A stretch of 46,632 bases of DNA from Acidimicrobiia bacterium (GCA_029210695.1 JARGFH010000028.1:1-46632), one strand, 5' to 3'. Counted from the first letter of the stretch, positions 35,583 to 46,556 are shown. Notes: generated from the sequence alone by a model not told the origin. Numbers and translations: made by a program.

Positions 35583-37289
35583 TCAACCCCGGCCCAGCAT
35601 GCGGACGTCGGGAGCTCCGAGCCGGGCGGCGTCGGCGGTCTGGTCGTCTGGTTGTTCCTGCGACTGGCGTTCGGCGGTCACTCTGCCCTGGTAGTGCTGG
35701 ATCTCACGGGTGATCGTGTCCTCGTCCCATCCGAGTTCGAAACCCATCAGCTCCGCCACCTGCTTGGTGGCGGCCATGCCCCGATCCCACGACTCGATCG
35801 AGAGCCGCGTGCGTCGGGTGAGCACGTCGTCGAGATGGAGCGCCCCTTCATGCCGGGCGGCGTAGGCGACCTCGACCGCCAGGTAGTCCTCGCTGCCCGG
35901 CAGCGTGGAGGACAAATCAGGGCGTTCTTGCAGCATTGCCAGCACCTCGGTGATATTGGCTCCGTGCCGGTGCAGCAGGTTTTCGGTCTGTGCGGTGGTG
36001 AGACCCGATTGGGTGGCCGTCTTGTAGCGGCGGTTCCAGGCCGGTTTGAAGCCGTCACCTCCAACGAGGGGAACCTCGGCCGTGCAGGACGGAGGTATCC
36101 GACCTCCGAGGTTGCGGGCGGCGGCGTCGACTGCATCTTCGGCCATGACGCGGTAGGTCGTGTACTTGCCACCTGCCACAGAGATCAGTCCGGGGACGGT
36201 TTGCGAAACTGCGTGCTCCCGGGTGAGTTTGCTGGTCGCGTCCGACTCCCCGAACAGCAGCGGCCGCAGGCCGGCGTAGATGCCCTCGACATCGTCACGG
36301 GCGAGTGGTTCGTCCAGCACGGTATTGACATGGCTGAGGAGGTAATCGATGTCGCGGCGGCTGGCGGCCGGATGAGCGAGGTCGAGGTTCCAGTCGGTGT
36401 CGGTGGTGCCGATGATCCAGTGCTTTCCCCAGGGGATCACAAAGAGAACACTCCTCTCTGTGCGGAGGATCAGCCCGGTGTCGGAGTGGAGGCGGTCCTT
36501 GGGAACGACCAGATGGATTCCCTTCGACGCTCGAACCTTGATGGTGCCCCGGCCCGCCATGTCCTGGATCTCGTCGGTCCAAACGCCCGTGGCATTGATG
36601 ACCTGTCGGGCCCGGATGTCGAGAGTGCGTCCCGATTCGAGGTCGAGTGCCTGCACTCCGGTGACCCGGTCGCCCTCGCGCAGGAGTCCGGTCACGCGGG
36701 CACTCGAGGCCATGGCCGCACCGTAGGCCGCGGCCGTTCTCGCCAGCCCGAGCGTGTGGCGGGCGTCGTCGACCTGAGCGTCCCAGTATCTGATCGCACC
36801 GATGAGCGCGTCTTTCGAAAGTCCAGGCGCCAGCTTCAGGGCCGAACTCCGTGACAGGTGACGATGGGCGGGGAGCGGGTTGCGGGCGAGGGCAGCCAAT
36901 CCGTCGTACATGGCAATGCCGGCGCCGACGTATGCACGTTCCCACACCCGGTGCTGGAGGGGGTAGAGGAATGAGACCGGCCGGACGAGGTGCGGCGCCA
37001 GCCGGTCGAAGATCAAACCACGCTCGCGCAGTGCCTCACGAACGAGGCCAAAATCCAGTTGCTCGAGGTAGCGCAGACCGCCGTGGATGAGTTTCGATGA
37101 GCGACTCGAAGTTCCGGAGGCGTAATCACGCTGTTCGACGAGGGCGACGGAGAGACCGCGGCTGGCTGCATCGAGGGCGGTACCCGCTCCGGTAACACCA
37201 CCACCGACGACGACGATGTCGAACACTTCGTCTGACATCCGGTCGAGATCGCGAGTTCGTTGCTGGGGTCCGAGGGTTGGATTGCTCAC
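35583..37289 (-). CDS. glpD: FAD-dependent glycerol-3-phosphate dehydrogenase
   Basis: GGGVTG, GTSSRSSKLIHGGLRYLE, GTTDT, GLRPL and GGKYTTYR. Confidence 0.95.
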   Translation of the reverse strand: MSNPTLGPQQRTRDLDRMSDEVFDIVVVGGGVTGAGTALDAASRGLSVALVEQRDYASGTSSRSSKLIHGGLRYLEQLDFGLVREALRERGLIFDRLAPHLVRPVSFLYPLQHRVWERAYVGAGIAMYDGLAALARNPLPAHRHLSRSSALKLAPGLSKDALIGAIRYWDAQVDDARHTLGLARTAAAYGAAMASSARVTGLLREGDRVTGVQALDLESGRTLDIRARQVINATGVWTDEIQDMAGRGTIKVRASKGIHLVVPKDRLHSDTGLILRTERSVLFVIPWGKHWIIGTTDTDWNLDLAHPAASRRDIDYLLSHVNTVLDEPLARDDVEGIYAGLRPLLFGESDATSKLTREHAVSQTVPGLISVAGGKYTTYRVMAEDAVDAAARNLGGRIPPSCTAEVPLVGGDGFKPAWNRRYKTATQSGLTTAQTENLLHRHGANITEVLAMLQERPDLSSTLPGSEDYLAVEVAYAARHEGALHLDDVLTRRTRLSIESWDRGMAATKQVAELMGFELGWDEDTITREIQHYQGRVTAERQSQEQPDDQTADAARLGAPDVRMLGRG

Positions 37290-37380
37290 ATCATCGAGGC
37301 TACACCCCGCCCTTGTGATCGCCGGCGGCGTTGGTCCTAACCACGGTGGGCCGACGACTCTGGCACTATCGTGCCGCCAC

Positions 37381-37707
37381 GTGACTGATCAGAACACCCC
37401 GGACCGGCGCAGTAGGTTCAAACGTACGCTCACGGGTGCGATCCTGGCGCTTCCGCAGGTGTCTGCCTGGATGTTCACTGGGTCGGTTTGGAACCTCGCC
37501 AGGCAGCGTTGGGATGTCTTCTTTGAGCCGATGTGGCTGGCGGTAGTGCTCATTGCGATCGTGCTGGGGACCGGAGCAATATCTGTTCGCGGCCTGTGGC
37601 TGTATTTCAGGGGAACCCGCACCTACGTCCTGGCCGCCACCAGTGCCGTCCTGTCGATGACCGCGGCGGTGGCGCTTTCCTTCGTAACGGCGATCGTGAC
37701 CTTCTAG
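37381..37707 (+). CDS. Small 3-TM hypothetical membrane protein
   Basis: Three hydrophobic segments. TATCGT lies 8 nt before the GTG. Confidence 0.65.
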   Translation: MTDQNTPDRRSRFKRTLTGAILALPQVSAWMFTGSVWNLARQRWDVFFEPMWLAVVLIAIVLGTGAISVRGLWLYFRGTRTYVLAATSAVLSMTAAVALSFVTAIVTF

Positions 37708-37885
37708 TGGTCCGTCGCGGATTTGGTGACTTGGTCTCCTGCCGGACGATCCCCGCTGTGGCAGGGTTCGTGGCACTGCCTACCCCGGTCATCAAATAGC
37801 AGACAGACCACTAGGGCGGCGGTCCTGATCGCCCGCCGTCGACGTCTCCGGGCGAGTAGGTGAGCACGACGAATCGAGGGGACCC

Positions 37886-39463
37886 ATGACCAGCACTATT
37901 TCGCCGCCCCGACCGGATGGTTCTACCCCGGCGCCGGCAGATCGCGATACGGACGGTATTCCCCGTCTGCTGCCGCCCGTGGTTGACTTCGTCGCCCGAA
38001 TCCAGGCGCGCCTCGAGACGAAGTTGCTGGCCGGTTTCCTAGGCATCTCAGTGCTGATGCTGGCCCTCGGGATCGTCGGGCTCCTGGTCGTGAACCGTAT
38101 GGATGTTCAGGTTGATCGCCTCTCAATGCTCCAGCGGCAGTCGGACAACGCCAACCACATGCTCTACAGCATCACCGCGCAATCCCATTTCCGAACCATG
38201 GCACTGCTGACCGGGGAACCAGTCTGGAACGACAAGATCGGTGGCGCGAAGGCAACCTTCGCGCAGCTCATCGAGGAGACAGAGGTCATCGCGGTTGGCG
38301 ACCACGGCGACCTGTTCAACCGCTTGCGTGCCATCGATGAGCGCTACGCGGAGGCCGGTGTGCGAGTTGAGGCGCTCCAGGCCTCCGGAGACATCGAAGG
38401 TGCTCTCCGGGCCCACGTCCAATCTGAGCACGAGATCAGTCACGAGCTGGAAGGTCCGCTAAACGACTTCATCGGCGACACCGAAGATCTGGTGGCGGCC
38501 GAGATCGACGGCTTCGCGGGAGACCGCCGATTCCTGCGAATCGCTCTAGCTGCCTTCTCAGTGATGAGCCTCGGAGGAGCCGTAGCGCTGGGTGCCGTCA
38601 TCTCGTGGACTGTGATCCGGCCGGTCCGCAGAATCGATCATGCTCTCGACACACTGGCGAGTGGTGATTTCACTGCCCGCATCGATGTGCCCAATCGAGA
38701 CGAGTTCGGAAAGCTCTCGGACAATGTCAACCGGGCCAGTGAGCAGCTCGAAACACTGTATGGAAGGCTCGAGACCGTCAACCGCGACCTCCAGGCGCAG
38801 GTCGATGATCAGGTCGCATTGCTCGAACGCACGTCGCAGTTGCGTCGCTACCTGTCGCCCCAGGTCGCCGAGGCGATCGTCACCGGTGACAGGGGGATCG
38901 GTGAGTCGAGGCGAGCAGAGCTGTCGATCGCGTTCGTCGACATCCGGGGGTTCACGGCCCTCTCCGAGCAGTCGGAGCCGGAGGAGATGATCGCCGGACT
39001 CAATCGCTTCCTCACCGTGATGACCGACATCGTCTTTCGCTACGAGGGAACGCTCGACAAGTACATAGGCGACGCGCTCATGGTCTTCTTCAACGACCCT
39101 CTTCCCCAGGAAGACCACGCCGAACGGGCAGTCCGAATGGCGCTCGACATGCAAGTCGCCCGAGTCGAGCTGAGAACTAGCCTCACCGAGGCTGCTCAGT
39201 TGGAGATCACCGCCGGCGTCGGCATCTCGACCGGGTTCGTGACGGTGGGCAACATCGGCTCGCCGAGTCGCATGGACTACACGGCGATGGGCAACCACGT
39301 GAACCTGGCCTCCCGGCTCGCCGATGATGCCGGTCCCGGCGAGATTCTCATCACCGAACGCACGCTGGCGTTGCTCCCGCAGGGACTGGTGACGGCCGAG
39401 CCGGCGGGCCAGCGCAATCTCAAAGGCGTGCAGCGTCCGATCGCCTTCTACCGGATCGTCTGA
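37886..39463 (+). CDS. Class III adenylate cyclase: 2 TM, extracellular helical sensor, HAMP
   Basis: FVDIRGFT, DKYIGD and DYTAMGNHVNLASRL; HAMP segment RPVRRI...GDFTARI..NRDEFGKL. Confidence 0.93.
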   Translation: MTSTISPPRPDGSTPAPADRDTDGIPRLLPPVVDFVARIQARLETKLLAGFLGISVLMLALGIVGLLVVNRMDVQVDRLSMLQRQSDNANHMLYSITAQSHFRTMALLTGEPVWNDKIGGAKATFAQLIEETEVIAVGDHGDLFNRLRAIDERYAEAGVRVEALQASGDIEGALRAHVQSEHEISHELEGPLNDFIGDTEDLVAAEIDGFAGDRRFLRIALAAFSVMSLGGAVALGAVISWTVIRPVRRIDHALDTLASGDFTARIDVPNRDEFGKLSDNVNRASEQLETLYGRLETVNRDLQAQVDDQVALLERTSQLRRYLSPQVAEAIVTGDRGIGESRRAELSIAFVDIRGFTALSEQSEPEEMIAGLNRFLTVMTDIVFRYEGTLDKYIGDALMVFFNDPLPQEDHAERAVRMALDMQVARVELRTSLTEAAQLEITAGVGISTGFVTVGNIGSPSRMDYTAMGNHVNLASRLADDAGPGEILITERTLALLPQGLVTAEPAGQRNLKGVQRPIAFYRIV

Positions 39464-39537
39464 GGACGGGAGCAACCGCGAGAAGGCTGCGGCCCAAGCG
39501 CTACATCATCTTCTTACCGGCAAACAACCGGATGGTT

Positions 39538-39834
39538 TCAGCGCTTGCGCCGGCCGGCCCGGGATGACCCGCCCAAGAAGGTGCCGGCTCCGAGCACGAA
39601 CCCAAAGTTGTACCAACCACCGTTGTTGAAGACCTCGTAAACATTCACGTTGTCACTGAACAGCGAGATGATGAACACGATTGGCAGGATGATCCCGTGC
39701 CAGAGGCCTAGCCAGAACCCGGCCATCTCCCCGTTGTCGGTTGCCACATCGACCTGGGGGTTCGGGCCGGCCGCGCAGGCAGCCAGCAGCAGCGCGAACA
39801 GGATCACGGTCACCAGAAGGTGCTTTCGCTTCAC
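39538..39834 (-). CDS. Small conserved membrane lipoprotein
   Basis: Lipobox LLAAC; AGFWLGLWHG and YE..NNGGWYNFGF. AAGGAGG RBS. Confidence 0.85.
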   Translation of the reverse strand: MKRKHLLVTVILFALLLAACAAGPNPQVDVATDNGEMAGFWLGLWHGIILPIVFIISLFSDNVNVYEVFNNGGWYNFGFVLGAGTFLGGSSRAGRRKR

Positions 39835-40248
39835 ATCTACCTCCTTCCGACGAAGCTACTCAACTTCAGCCCGGTTGGGCGATCGATTCGCGTGGTGGTG
39901 AGCATCTTGCGAAGGCGCCACGTTCTGTCTGGCCTCACAAGGACGGTACGTCCCACCCGATCGGAGGATGCTGCCGGATATGAGAGCACACGCAACACTG
40001 TCGCTACGCCGACAGTTAGGGCCTGCGCGGCCCGGCTGCCCCGTTGGATGGAGTAGATCGAGTGCAAGCGAACAAATTCCACCGATTTGATGAGCCGGTC
40101 CCGGCTCGAGCGACTCCGCGAGAATGGGGTTCCCACCGCGGGTGTTGTGGGCAAGCACGAGGACAGAAGGAACTGCGTCATTCACCTCGAGCTGCCCAAC
40201 TTGAGCCGGATGAACGGCGGGGTACCGACGACAAGGAGATACCGCATC

Positions 40249-41268
40249 ATGGAACTGGGAATGATCGGCCTCGGCCGAATGGGAGCGAACCTCGTTCGCA
40301 GGCTGCTCCGTGATGGCCATCGGACCGTTGTGTACGACGTCGACCCCGTCTCCGTAGCCGAGCTGGTCGCGGCAGGCGCCGAGGGGGCAGATGGTCTTGC
40401 CGACCTGGCCGGCAAACTGAACGGCCCTCGAACCATTTGGGTGATGGTGCCGGCGGGAATCACCGGGAAGGTCATAGATGACATCGCTTCCCACCTCAAC
40501 GCAGGCGACATCATCATCGATGGGGGTAACTCGTACTACCAGGACGACCTCGAGCGGTCGGCTGTCTTGTTGGAGCGCGGCATTCGTTTGATCGATGTCG
40601 GTACCAGCGGTGGTGTATTCGGGCTCGAACGGGGGTTCTGCCTGATGATCGGCGGCGACGCCGGCGCGGTTGCCCACCTCGACCCGATCTTCCGGACCCT
40701 GGCCCCGGGAGTCGACACGGCCGAGCGGACCCCGGGCCGCGCTGGTGAGCCGCTGGCTGCCGAGCACGGCTATCTGCACTGTGGGCCGAGCGGTGCAGGT
40801 CACTTCGTCAAGATGGTCCACAACGGCGTCGAGTACGGCATCATGGCCGCATATGCGGAAGGTCTGAACATTCTCAAACATGCCGGGGTCGGGCTCTCCG
40901 ACAGCCGGACCGATGCCGAGACCGCCCCTCTTCGGCGGCCGGATCACTATCAGTACGAGTTGGATGTGCCGGCGGTCGCCGAAGTTTGGCGGCGAGGCAG
41001 CGTTGTTGCCTCGTGGTTGCTCGATCTGACCGCCGCCGCCTTCGTTGAAAACCCGCAGCTCGACGGGTTCACCGGTCGGGTATCGGACTCAGGAGAGGGA
41101 AGGTGGACCGTTCTGAGTGCGGTGGAAGAGGGCGTTCCCGCCCCGGTCCTTTCGGCGGCGCTCTACGGCCGGTTCGACTCGAGGGGACGTGACGAGTTCG
41201 CCAACCAGGTTTTGTCGGCGATGCGCCAACAATTTGGTGGCCATCAGGAGAAAGCCGGCCCTGCCTGA
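40249..41268 (+). CDS. gnd: 6-phosphogluconate dehydrogenase (decarboxylating), short-chain type
   Basis: [33 protein letters not shown] and [17 protein letters not shown]. Confidence 0.95.
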   Translation: MELGMIGLGRMGANLVRRLLRDGHRTVVYDVDPVSVAELVAAGAEGADGLADLAGKLNGPRTIWVMVPAGITGKVIDDIASHLNAGDIIIDGGNSYYQDDLERSAVLLERGIRLIDVGTSGGVFGLERGFCLMIGGDAGAVAHLDPIFRTLAPGVDTAERTPGRAGEPLAAEHGYLHCGPSGAGHFVKMVHNGVEYGIMAAYAEGLNILKHAGVGLSDSRTDAETAPLRRPDHYQYELDVPAVAEVWRRGSVVASWLLDLTAAAFVENPQLDGFTGRVSDSGEGRWTVLSAVEEGVPAPVLSAALYGRFDSRGRDEFANQVLSAMRQQFGGHQEKAGPA

Positions 41269-42641
41269 TGGAGGCAACCTACGCCGACGCACTGATCTTG
41301 TTCGGGATAAGCGGAGATCTGGCCCGTAAGAAACTGTTCTCGGCTCTCTACGACCTCACCGCCGCCGGTGGCCTCGACATGCCGGTGATCGGGGTGGCTT
41401 CGAGCGACTGGGATGATGAGACGTTGCGTCGCCATGCTCGGGAAGCTCTCGAGGAGGCAGGCGAACCGATCGACGACGAGGTGTTCGCCCGGCTGGCGGC
41501 CAACCTTTGTTACGTGGCAGGCGACTACCAGGAGGCGGGCACCTATGCAGACATCGCCAAAAGGGTGGCCGGAGGTGAGTGCACTGTGTCGTACCTGGCC
41601 ATCCCCCCCGGGCTATTCGACGACGTTGTCGAGGGATTGGCGTCGGTGGGGCTCAACCAACAGGGTCGGCTGGTATTGGAGAAACCCTTTGGCCGAGACA
41701 CCCAATCGGCTGCCGACCTCAACGAGATAGTTCACCGCCACTTCCCGGAAGAGCGGGTGTACCGGATCGACCACTTCCTCGGCAAGGAATCGGTGCAGAA
41801 CCTCATGATCTTCCGCTTCTCTAACACCGTTTTGGAGCCTGTCTGGAACCGTCACTACGTGCGCGGTGTGCAGATCACGATGGCAGAGGATTTCGGCGTC
41901 GAGGGAAGGGGTTCCTTTTACGACCGGGTTGGCACGATACGCGATGTCGTCCAGAACCATTTGCTGCAAGTGCTGGCGTTGCTGGCCATGGAACCACCGG
42001 TGTCGGAGGATGCCGACGCGCTGCGCGACGAGCGAGTCAAAGTGCTCAGAGCCATCGAGACGCTCACCCCTAACGATCTGGTTCGCGGTCAGTATGCCGG
42101 TTACCGCCGGGAGCCCGGAGTTGCTGCCGACTCGGACACCGAGACATTTGCGGCACTTCGGCTAGAAGTGGATTCATGGCGGTGGGCCGGAGTGCCGTGG
42201 ATCATCCGGGCCGGGAAGGGGATGGCTTCAACGGCCACCGAAGCAGTTGTCGAGTTTGCTCGCCCCCCACGGCCCCTCTTTGCCGACGTCGATAGCCGGC
42301 CAGGCCCCAATCGATTGACGTTCCGCACCAAACCCGACGAAGAGATCAGCCTGTCGATGCAGGCGAAACAGCCTGGATCGGCGATGGTCAGTGGGCCGGT
42401 TGAACTGCATCTCGGGCACGATCGGATCCCCGGCCGAGACGCCTACGATCGGCTGATTGGTGATGCACTCCGCGGTGACCCGGCTCTCTTCGCCCGTCAA
42501 GACGGCGTCATGGAAGCCTGGAGGGTGGTCGATCGAGTGCTCACCAACCATCGACCGGTCGTTCCCTATCAGCGGGGTACCTGGGGTCCGGCCGAAGCCG
42601 ACGCCCTGCTCGGTTCCGACTGGGACTGGATCACCACATGA
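41268..42641 (+). CDS. zwf: Glucose-6-phosphate dehydrogenase
   Basis: [24 protein letters not shown] and DVVQNHLLQ. Confidence 0.96.
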   Translation: MEATYADALILFGISGDLARKKLFSALYDLTAAGGLDMPVIGVASSDWDDETLRRHAREALEEAGEPIDDEVFARLAANLCYVAGDYQEAGTYADIAKRVAGGECTVSYLAIPPGLFDDVVEGLASVGLNQQGRLVLEKPFGRDTQSAADLNEIVHRHFPEERVYRIDHFLGKESVQNLMIFRFSNTVLEPVWNRHYVRGVQITMAEDFGVEGRGSFYDRVGTIRDVVQNHLLQVLALLAMEPPVSEDADALRDERVKVLRAIETLTPNDLVRGQYAGYRREPGVAADSDTETFAALRLEVDSWRWAGVPWIIRAGKGMASTATEAVVEFARPPRPLFADVDSRPGPNRLTFRTKPDEEISLSMQAKQPGSAMVSGPVELHLGHDRIPGRDAYDRLIGDALRGDPALFARQDGVMEAWRVVDRVLTNHRPVVPYQRGTWGPAEADALLGSDWDWITT

Positions 42642-43237
42642 CCGAGCACGAAGTTGTGTTGGTCCGGCACGGACAAACGGAATGGAGTGTTTCCGGCCAA
42701 CACACCGGGCGGACCGACGTACCCCTCACCGAGTTGGGCCGCCGTCAGGCCGACGCCCTGGGCGGGATGCTGGGGGGACTCGAGTTCGCGCTCGTTTTGT
42801 CCAGCCCACTGAGTAGGGCATGGGAGACCATGGACCGGGCCGGGTATGCGGTCGGGGGAATAGCCGCCGACGAGCTATTGGAGTGGGATTACGGTGCATA
42901 CGAGGGGCGTCGAACCGCCGATATCCGAAAGGAGATCCCCGGTTGGTCGGTGTGGACCCACCCGATCGTCGACGGTGAGTCCTTTGACGAGGTGGGAGCG
43001 CGGGCAGACCGTGCGATTGTCAGAGCTTTGAGCGTCGATGGGCCGGTCGTGATGTTCGCGCATGGGCACTTGCTCCGCATCCTGGCTGCCAGATGGATGG
43101 GTCAGCCGGCCGTTGCCGGCTGCAACCTCGGACTCGACACCGCCACCGTATCCACCCTCGGGTGGGAACGGGAGAATCGGGTGATTCGACACTGGAACGA
43201 AGCCTGTCATCTTCGCTCGATGGACCCGGTGCTCTGA
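42638..43237 (+). CDS. Histidine phosphatase family protein (Shb17-like)
   Basis: [29 protein letters not shown] and AHGH.LR. ATGA overlap with zwf. Confidence 0.92.
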   Translation: MTEHEVVLVRHGQTEWSVSGQHTGRTDVPLTELGRRQADALGGMLGGLEFALVLSSPLSRAWETMDRAGYAVGGIAADELLEWDYGAYEGRRTADIRKEIPGWSVWTHPIVDGESFDEVGARADRAIVRALSVDGPVVMFAHGHLLRILAARWMGQPAVAGCNLGLDTATVSTLGWERENRVIRHWNEACHLRSMDPVL

Positions 43238-43326
43238 ATGGAGGACCTCAGCCGACACAACGATCTCAGCCGGGACGCGACTCAACGAGGGCGCCATCCG
43301 GGTTGACAACTCAAACGGAGAACACC

Positions 43327-44955
43327 TTGACCTCAATCACCTCCACCTCCGAGTGGAAAAGACTCGAAACCCTCAAACAAGACGGGGACGCACTCGACCT
43401 GCGGCGCGCCTTTTCTGAAGACCCGACCCGCGCCGAACGGCTTACTTTCGCGGCCGGCGACCTGGTCGTCGACCTCTCCAAACACCTGATCAACGAAGAG
43501 ATCATTGCCGGACTGGTGGCGGTGGCACGTCGGGCCGGTCTACCCGAACGAATCGACGAGTTGTTCGGTGGGGCGCACATCAACGTCACCGAGGACCGGG
43601 CGGTTCTGCACCCGGCACTGCGAGCCGCACCGGACGATCACTTCACGGTGGACGGTGGCGATGTCGTTGTCGACGTGCATGAGGTTCTCGAGCGCATGGC
43701 CGATTTCTCCGAGCGGGTCCGCACAGGTGCTTGGCGTGGTTTCACGGGCGAACGGATCCATCATGTGGTCAACATCGGAATAGGCGGTTCCGATCTTGGC
43801 CCGGCCATGGCCTATCGAGCCTTGCGACCCTACGTCCATCCCGACATCGACGCCCACTTCGTTTCGAACATTGACCCGGCGGATCTGGCTGCGGTGCTCG
43901 AGATCGTCGATCCGGCCACGACCCTGTTCATCGTTGCCTCCAAGACCTTCACAACCCTGGAGACCCTGACCAATGCCCGCACTGCTCGAACCTGGCTGAT
44001 CGATCGGCTCGGCGACGAAGCGGCCGTCTCTAGCCACTTCGTGGCGGTCTCCACCAATGCCGGAGAGGTGGCCGCCTTCGGAATCGACACTGCCAACATG
44101 TTCGGATTCTGGGACTGGGTTGGCGGCCGGTATTCGATGGATTCGGCGATCGGACTCAGTCTGATGATCGCCGTGGGCCCGTCGGCGTTCCGGGAGATGC
44201 TGGACGGATTCCGGATGATCGACCGGCACTTGCTCACCACCCCGTTCGAACGCAACGTACCGGTGCTGCTCGGGCTGATCGGTGTCTGGTACCGCAACCT
44301 GCTGGGATACCCGACCCATGCGGTGCTGCCGTACAGCCAGGATCTCGACCGGTTCGCGGCCTACCTCCAACAACTCGATATGGAGTCGAACGGCAAGCAG
44401 GTGCGCCTCGACGGGACATCCGTTGATATGGACACCGGACCGATCGTGTGGGGCGAACCCGGTACCAACGGTCAGCACGCCTTCTACCAACTCCTCCACC
44501 AGGGCACCACTGTCGTACCGGCGGACCTGATCGGTTTTATCGAACCTGCCATCGACCTGGGCGGCCAGCACGATCTGCTGATGGGCAATCTGTTTGCCCA
44601 GGCTGAGGCCCTCGCATTCGGCAAAACGAGTGAAGAGGTCGCAGCCTCCGGCGTGGCGCCGGAGCTAGTTCCCCATCGCACCTTCCCTGGCAACCGCCCG
44701 ACCTCTGTCATCCTCGCCCCAAGACTCACCCCCTCAATCCTCGGTCAACTCGTCGCTCTCTACGAGCACAAAGTGCTCACACAAGGGGTCATCTGGGGCA
44801 TCAACTCGTTCGATCAGTGGGGAGTTGAGCTCGGCAAGGTACTCGCCTCCACCATCATCGACGAACTCACTTCGGAGAGGCCACCCGTCTTGGCGCACGA
44901 TGCCTCAACGAATTCGCTCATTCGCCGCTACCGGGAAGCGCGGGGACGGGCATGA
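43327..44955 (+). CDS. pgi: Glucose-6-phosphate isomerase
   Basis: [33 protein letters not shown] and [12 protein letters not shown] start after GGAG. Confidence 0.96.
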   Translation: MTSITSTSEWKRLETLKQDGDALDLRRAFSEDPTRAERLTFAAGDLVVDLSKHLINEEIIAGLVAVARRAGLPERIDELFGGAHINVTEDRAVLHPALRAAPDDHFTVDGGDVVVDVHEVLERMADFSERVRTGAWRGFTGERIHHVVNIGIGGSDLGPAMAYRALRPYVHPDIDAHFVSNIDPADLAAVLEIVDPATTLFIVASKTFTTLETLTNARTARTWLIDRLGDEAAVSSHFVAVSTNAGEVAAFGIDTANMFGFWDWVGGRYSMDSAIGLSLMIAVGPSAFREMLDGFRMIDRHLLTTPFERNVPVLLGLIGVWYRNLLGYPTHAVLPYSQDLDRFAAYLQQLDMESNGKQVRLDGTSVDMDTGPIVWGEPGTNGQHAFYQLLHQGTTVVPADLIGFIEPAIDLGGQHDLLMGNLFAQAEALAFGKTSEEVAASGVAPELVPHRTFPGNRPTSVILAPRLTPSILGQLVALYEHKVLTQGVIWGINSFDQWGVELGKVLASTIIDELTSERPPVLAHDASTNSLIRRYREARGRA

Positions 44956-44996
44956 TCACGCGTCTCAGGTCGCTTTGTGGACGGAACTGACGGCTC

Positions 44997-45731
44997 ATGA
45001 CAACACAGATCTTCGTGACCGAGGCGGGGCTGGAGGTGCCGGCGATCACAACCGATCAGATGCGAGAAGTGGACAGGGTGGCGATCGAGGAGGTTGGGCC
45101 CAACTTGTATCAGATGATGGAGAATGCCGGCCGCAGCCTGGCGCTGACCGTTCTCGACAGGCTCGGCGATGATTGGGCGACCACCCCTATCGCAGTACTG
45201 GCCGGAACCGGTGGAAACGGGGGTGGCGGTATATGCGCGGCTCGCCATCTCGTCAACCGGGGAGCAGACGTCACCGTGGTGATTTCAGACGAAGAACGAT
45301 TGGCCTCGGTCCCAGACAAGCAGCTCGCCGTCTACCGGGGAACCAACGGCAAACTGGTGCGGATCGACGAGCTCGGCGCCCTGCGACCGGGTCTGGTGGT
45401 CGATGCCGTCATCGGATACAGCCTGGGAGGAGCACCGCGCGGCACCGCCCGCCGGATGATCGACTGGATGGGTGATCAGTCTGCCCCGGTGGTCTCCCTT
45501 GATGTGCCTTCAGGAATCGACTCGACGACCGGTGAGGCCCCCGGCGACTATGTGCAGGCCGCCGTGACCTTGACACTTGCTCTTCCCAAGACGGGACTCG
45601 ATGTGGCTGCAGCCGGCGACTTGATGCTGGCCGACATCGGTATTCCGGCCGAGGTATACCGACGGGTCGGAATCGACCTGCCTGCCGGGATATTCGGAGC
45701 CGGCTACCGGGTGACCGTCAGGCCGACCTGA
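44997..45731 (+). CDS. nnrE: NAD(P)H-hydrate epimerase (stand-alone YjeF_N)
   Basis: MMENAG, GTGGNGGGG, VDAVIG, SLDVPSG, TLTLALPK and LADIGIP. Confidence 0.9.
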   Translation: MTTQIFVTEAGLEVPAITTDQMREVDRVAIEEVGPNLYQMMENAGRSLALTVLDRLGDDWATTPIAVLAGTGGNGGGGICAARHLVNRGADVTVVISDEERLASVPDKQLAVYRGTNGKLVRIDELGALRPGLVVDAVIGYSLGGAPRGTARRMIDWMGDQSAPVVSLDVPSGIDSTTGEAPGDYVQAAVTLTLALPKTGLDVAAAGDLMLADIGIPAEVYRRVGIDLPAGIFGAGYRVTVRPT

Positions 45732-45860
45732 GTTCGGATACCGGCCGCTGCTTGCTGGGCGGCCGTGTCAGGCACCCGGGGCACGCCCCTCGGCAGCTAC
45801 TTCTCCTCCGAGGGTATCGAAGACTTCGTGAAGCATCTCCTCGGTTGGGGCGCCGGCACC

Positions 45861-46138
45861 GTCCCGGATAGACCGTATCCCGCCACAACAAGGGGCTTGC
45901 GACGCTGCATCCGATCCGTCCACCAGCCTGAGGCCACCTTGAGCACAAAAGCGGTCGACTCGGCGATCCCTTCGATCGTGCCGAGTGCTATGGCCCCAGC
46001 ACCGAGTACCTCCACGAGAAACACCGGCAACAATGGGTAGATCATCTCGCTAGAGAGATCCGTGAGAAAGCTAACCAGGCCGAGCGCTACAACGGTACGA
46101 GGCAAGCGACCAAACGTGACGGGAACCCGCGATCTCAC
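45861..46138 (-). pseudogene. N-terminal fragment of an MFS transporter
   Basis: LGLVSFLTDLSSEMIYPLLP...IEGIAE...SGWWTDRMQRRKPLVVAGYGLS covers only about 3 TM, then homology stops abruptly. Confidence 0.8.
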
Positions 46139-46358
46139 GACTGCATGCTGGCAGATCGGCCAGTCGCAGATCGCCGGAGCCACTCGCAGTTTTGCGTGTC
46201 TCTAATCTCTGCACCGAGGCGGAATCAGCTCCAGGAGGCATCATGGAGCTCTCTGCAGTCGATCAGCTGGTCTGTTACTCAACCACCGCCGGCCAGTTGG
46301 AAGCGTCAATGGCCACTCTCAACGGTCGTGGCTGCGAGCCGCTCGGTGCATGGCTCGG

Positions 46359-46556
46359 TTACATCTTGCGGTAGCGCGCCTGGAGCATGGAGAACAGGCC
46401 GGAGGCCACGAATCCGAGAGCCAGCACAGTGAGCAGGAACCTTCCGGATGGCTGTGCCAGGAGCGTCTGCAACGCGCCGTCGAGGCCCTGCCTCTGTGGG
46501 CCGAAAGTCACGGTCGCGTACGTGAGCAAACCCCCCACGCCGCCGACGGAAACCCC
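46359..46556 (-). pseudogene. C-terminal fragment of a DUF1206-like membrane protein
   Basis: My translation (not in the ORF track): GVSVGGVGGLLTYATVTFGPQRQGLDGALQTLLAQPSGRFLLTVLALGFVASGLFSMLQARYRKM*, with an in-frame stop immediately upstream. Confidence 0.7.

Noticed and set aside
35466..36854. Long antisense ORFs (also 39856..40947, 43540..44571, 38558..39475)
   Set aside because: Shadow frames of well-supported genes, as expected with high GC3; no recognisable motifs.
39835..40248. ncRNA or riboswitch in the 410-bp divergent intergenic region
   Set aside because: I could not recognise any consensus or convincing stable structure; an Rfam scan would be needed.
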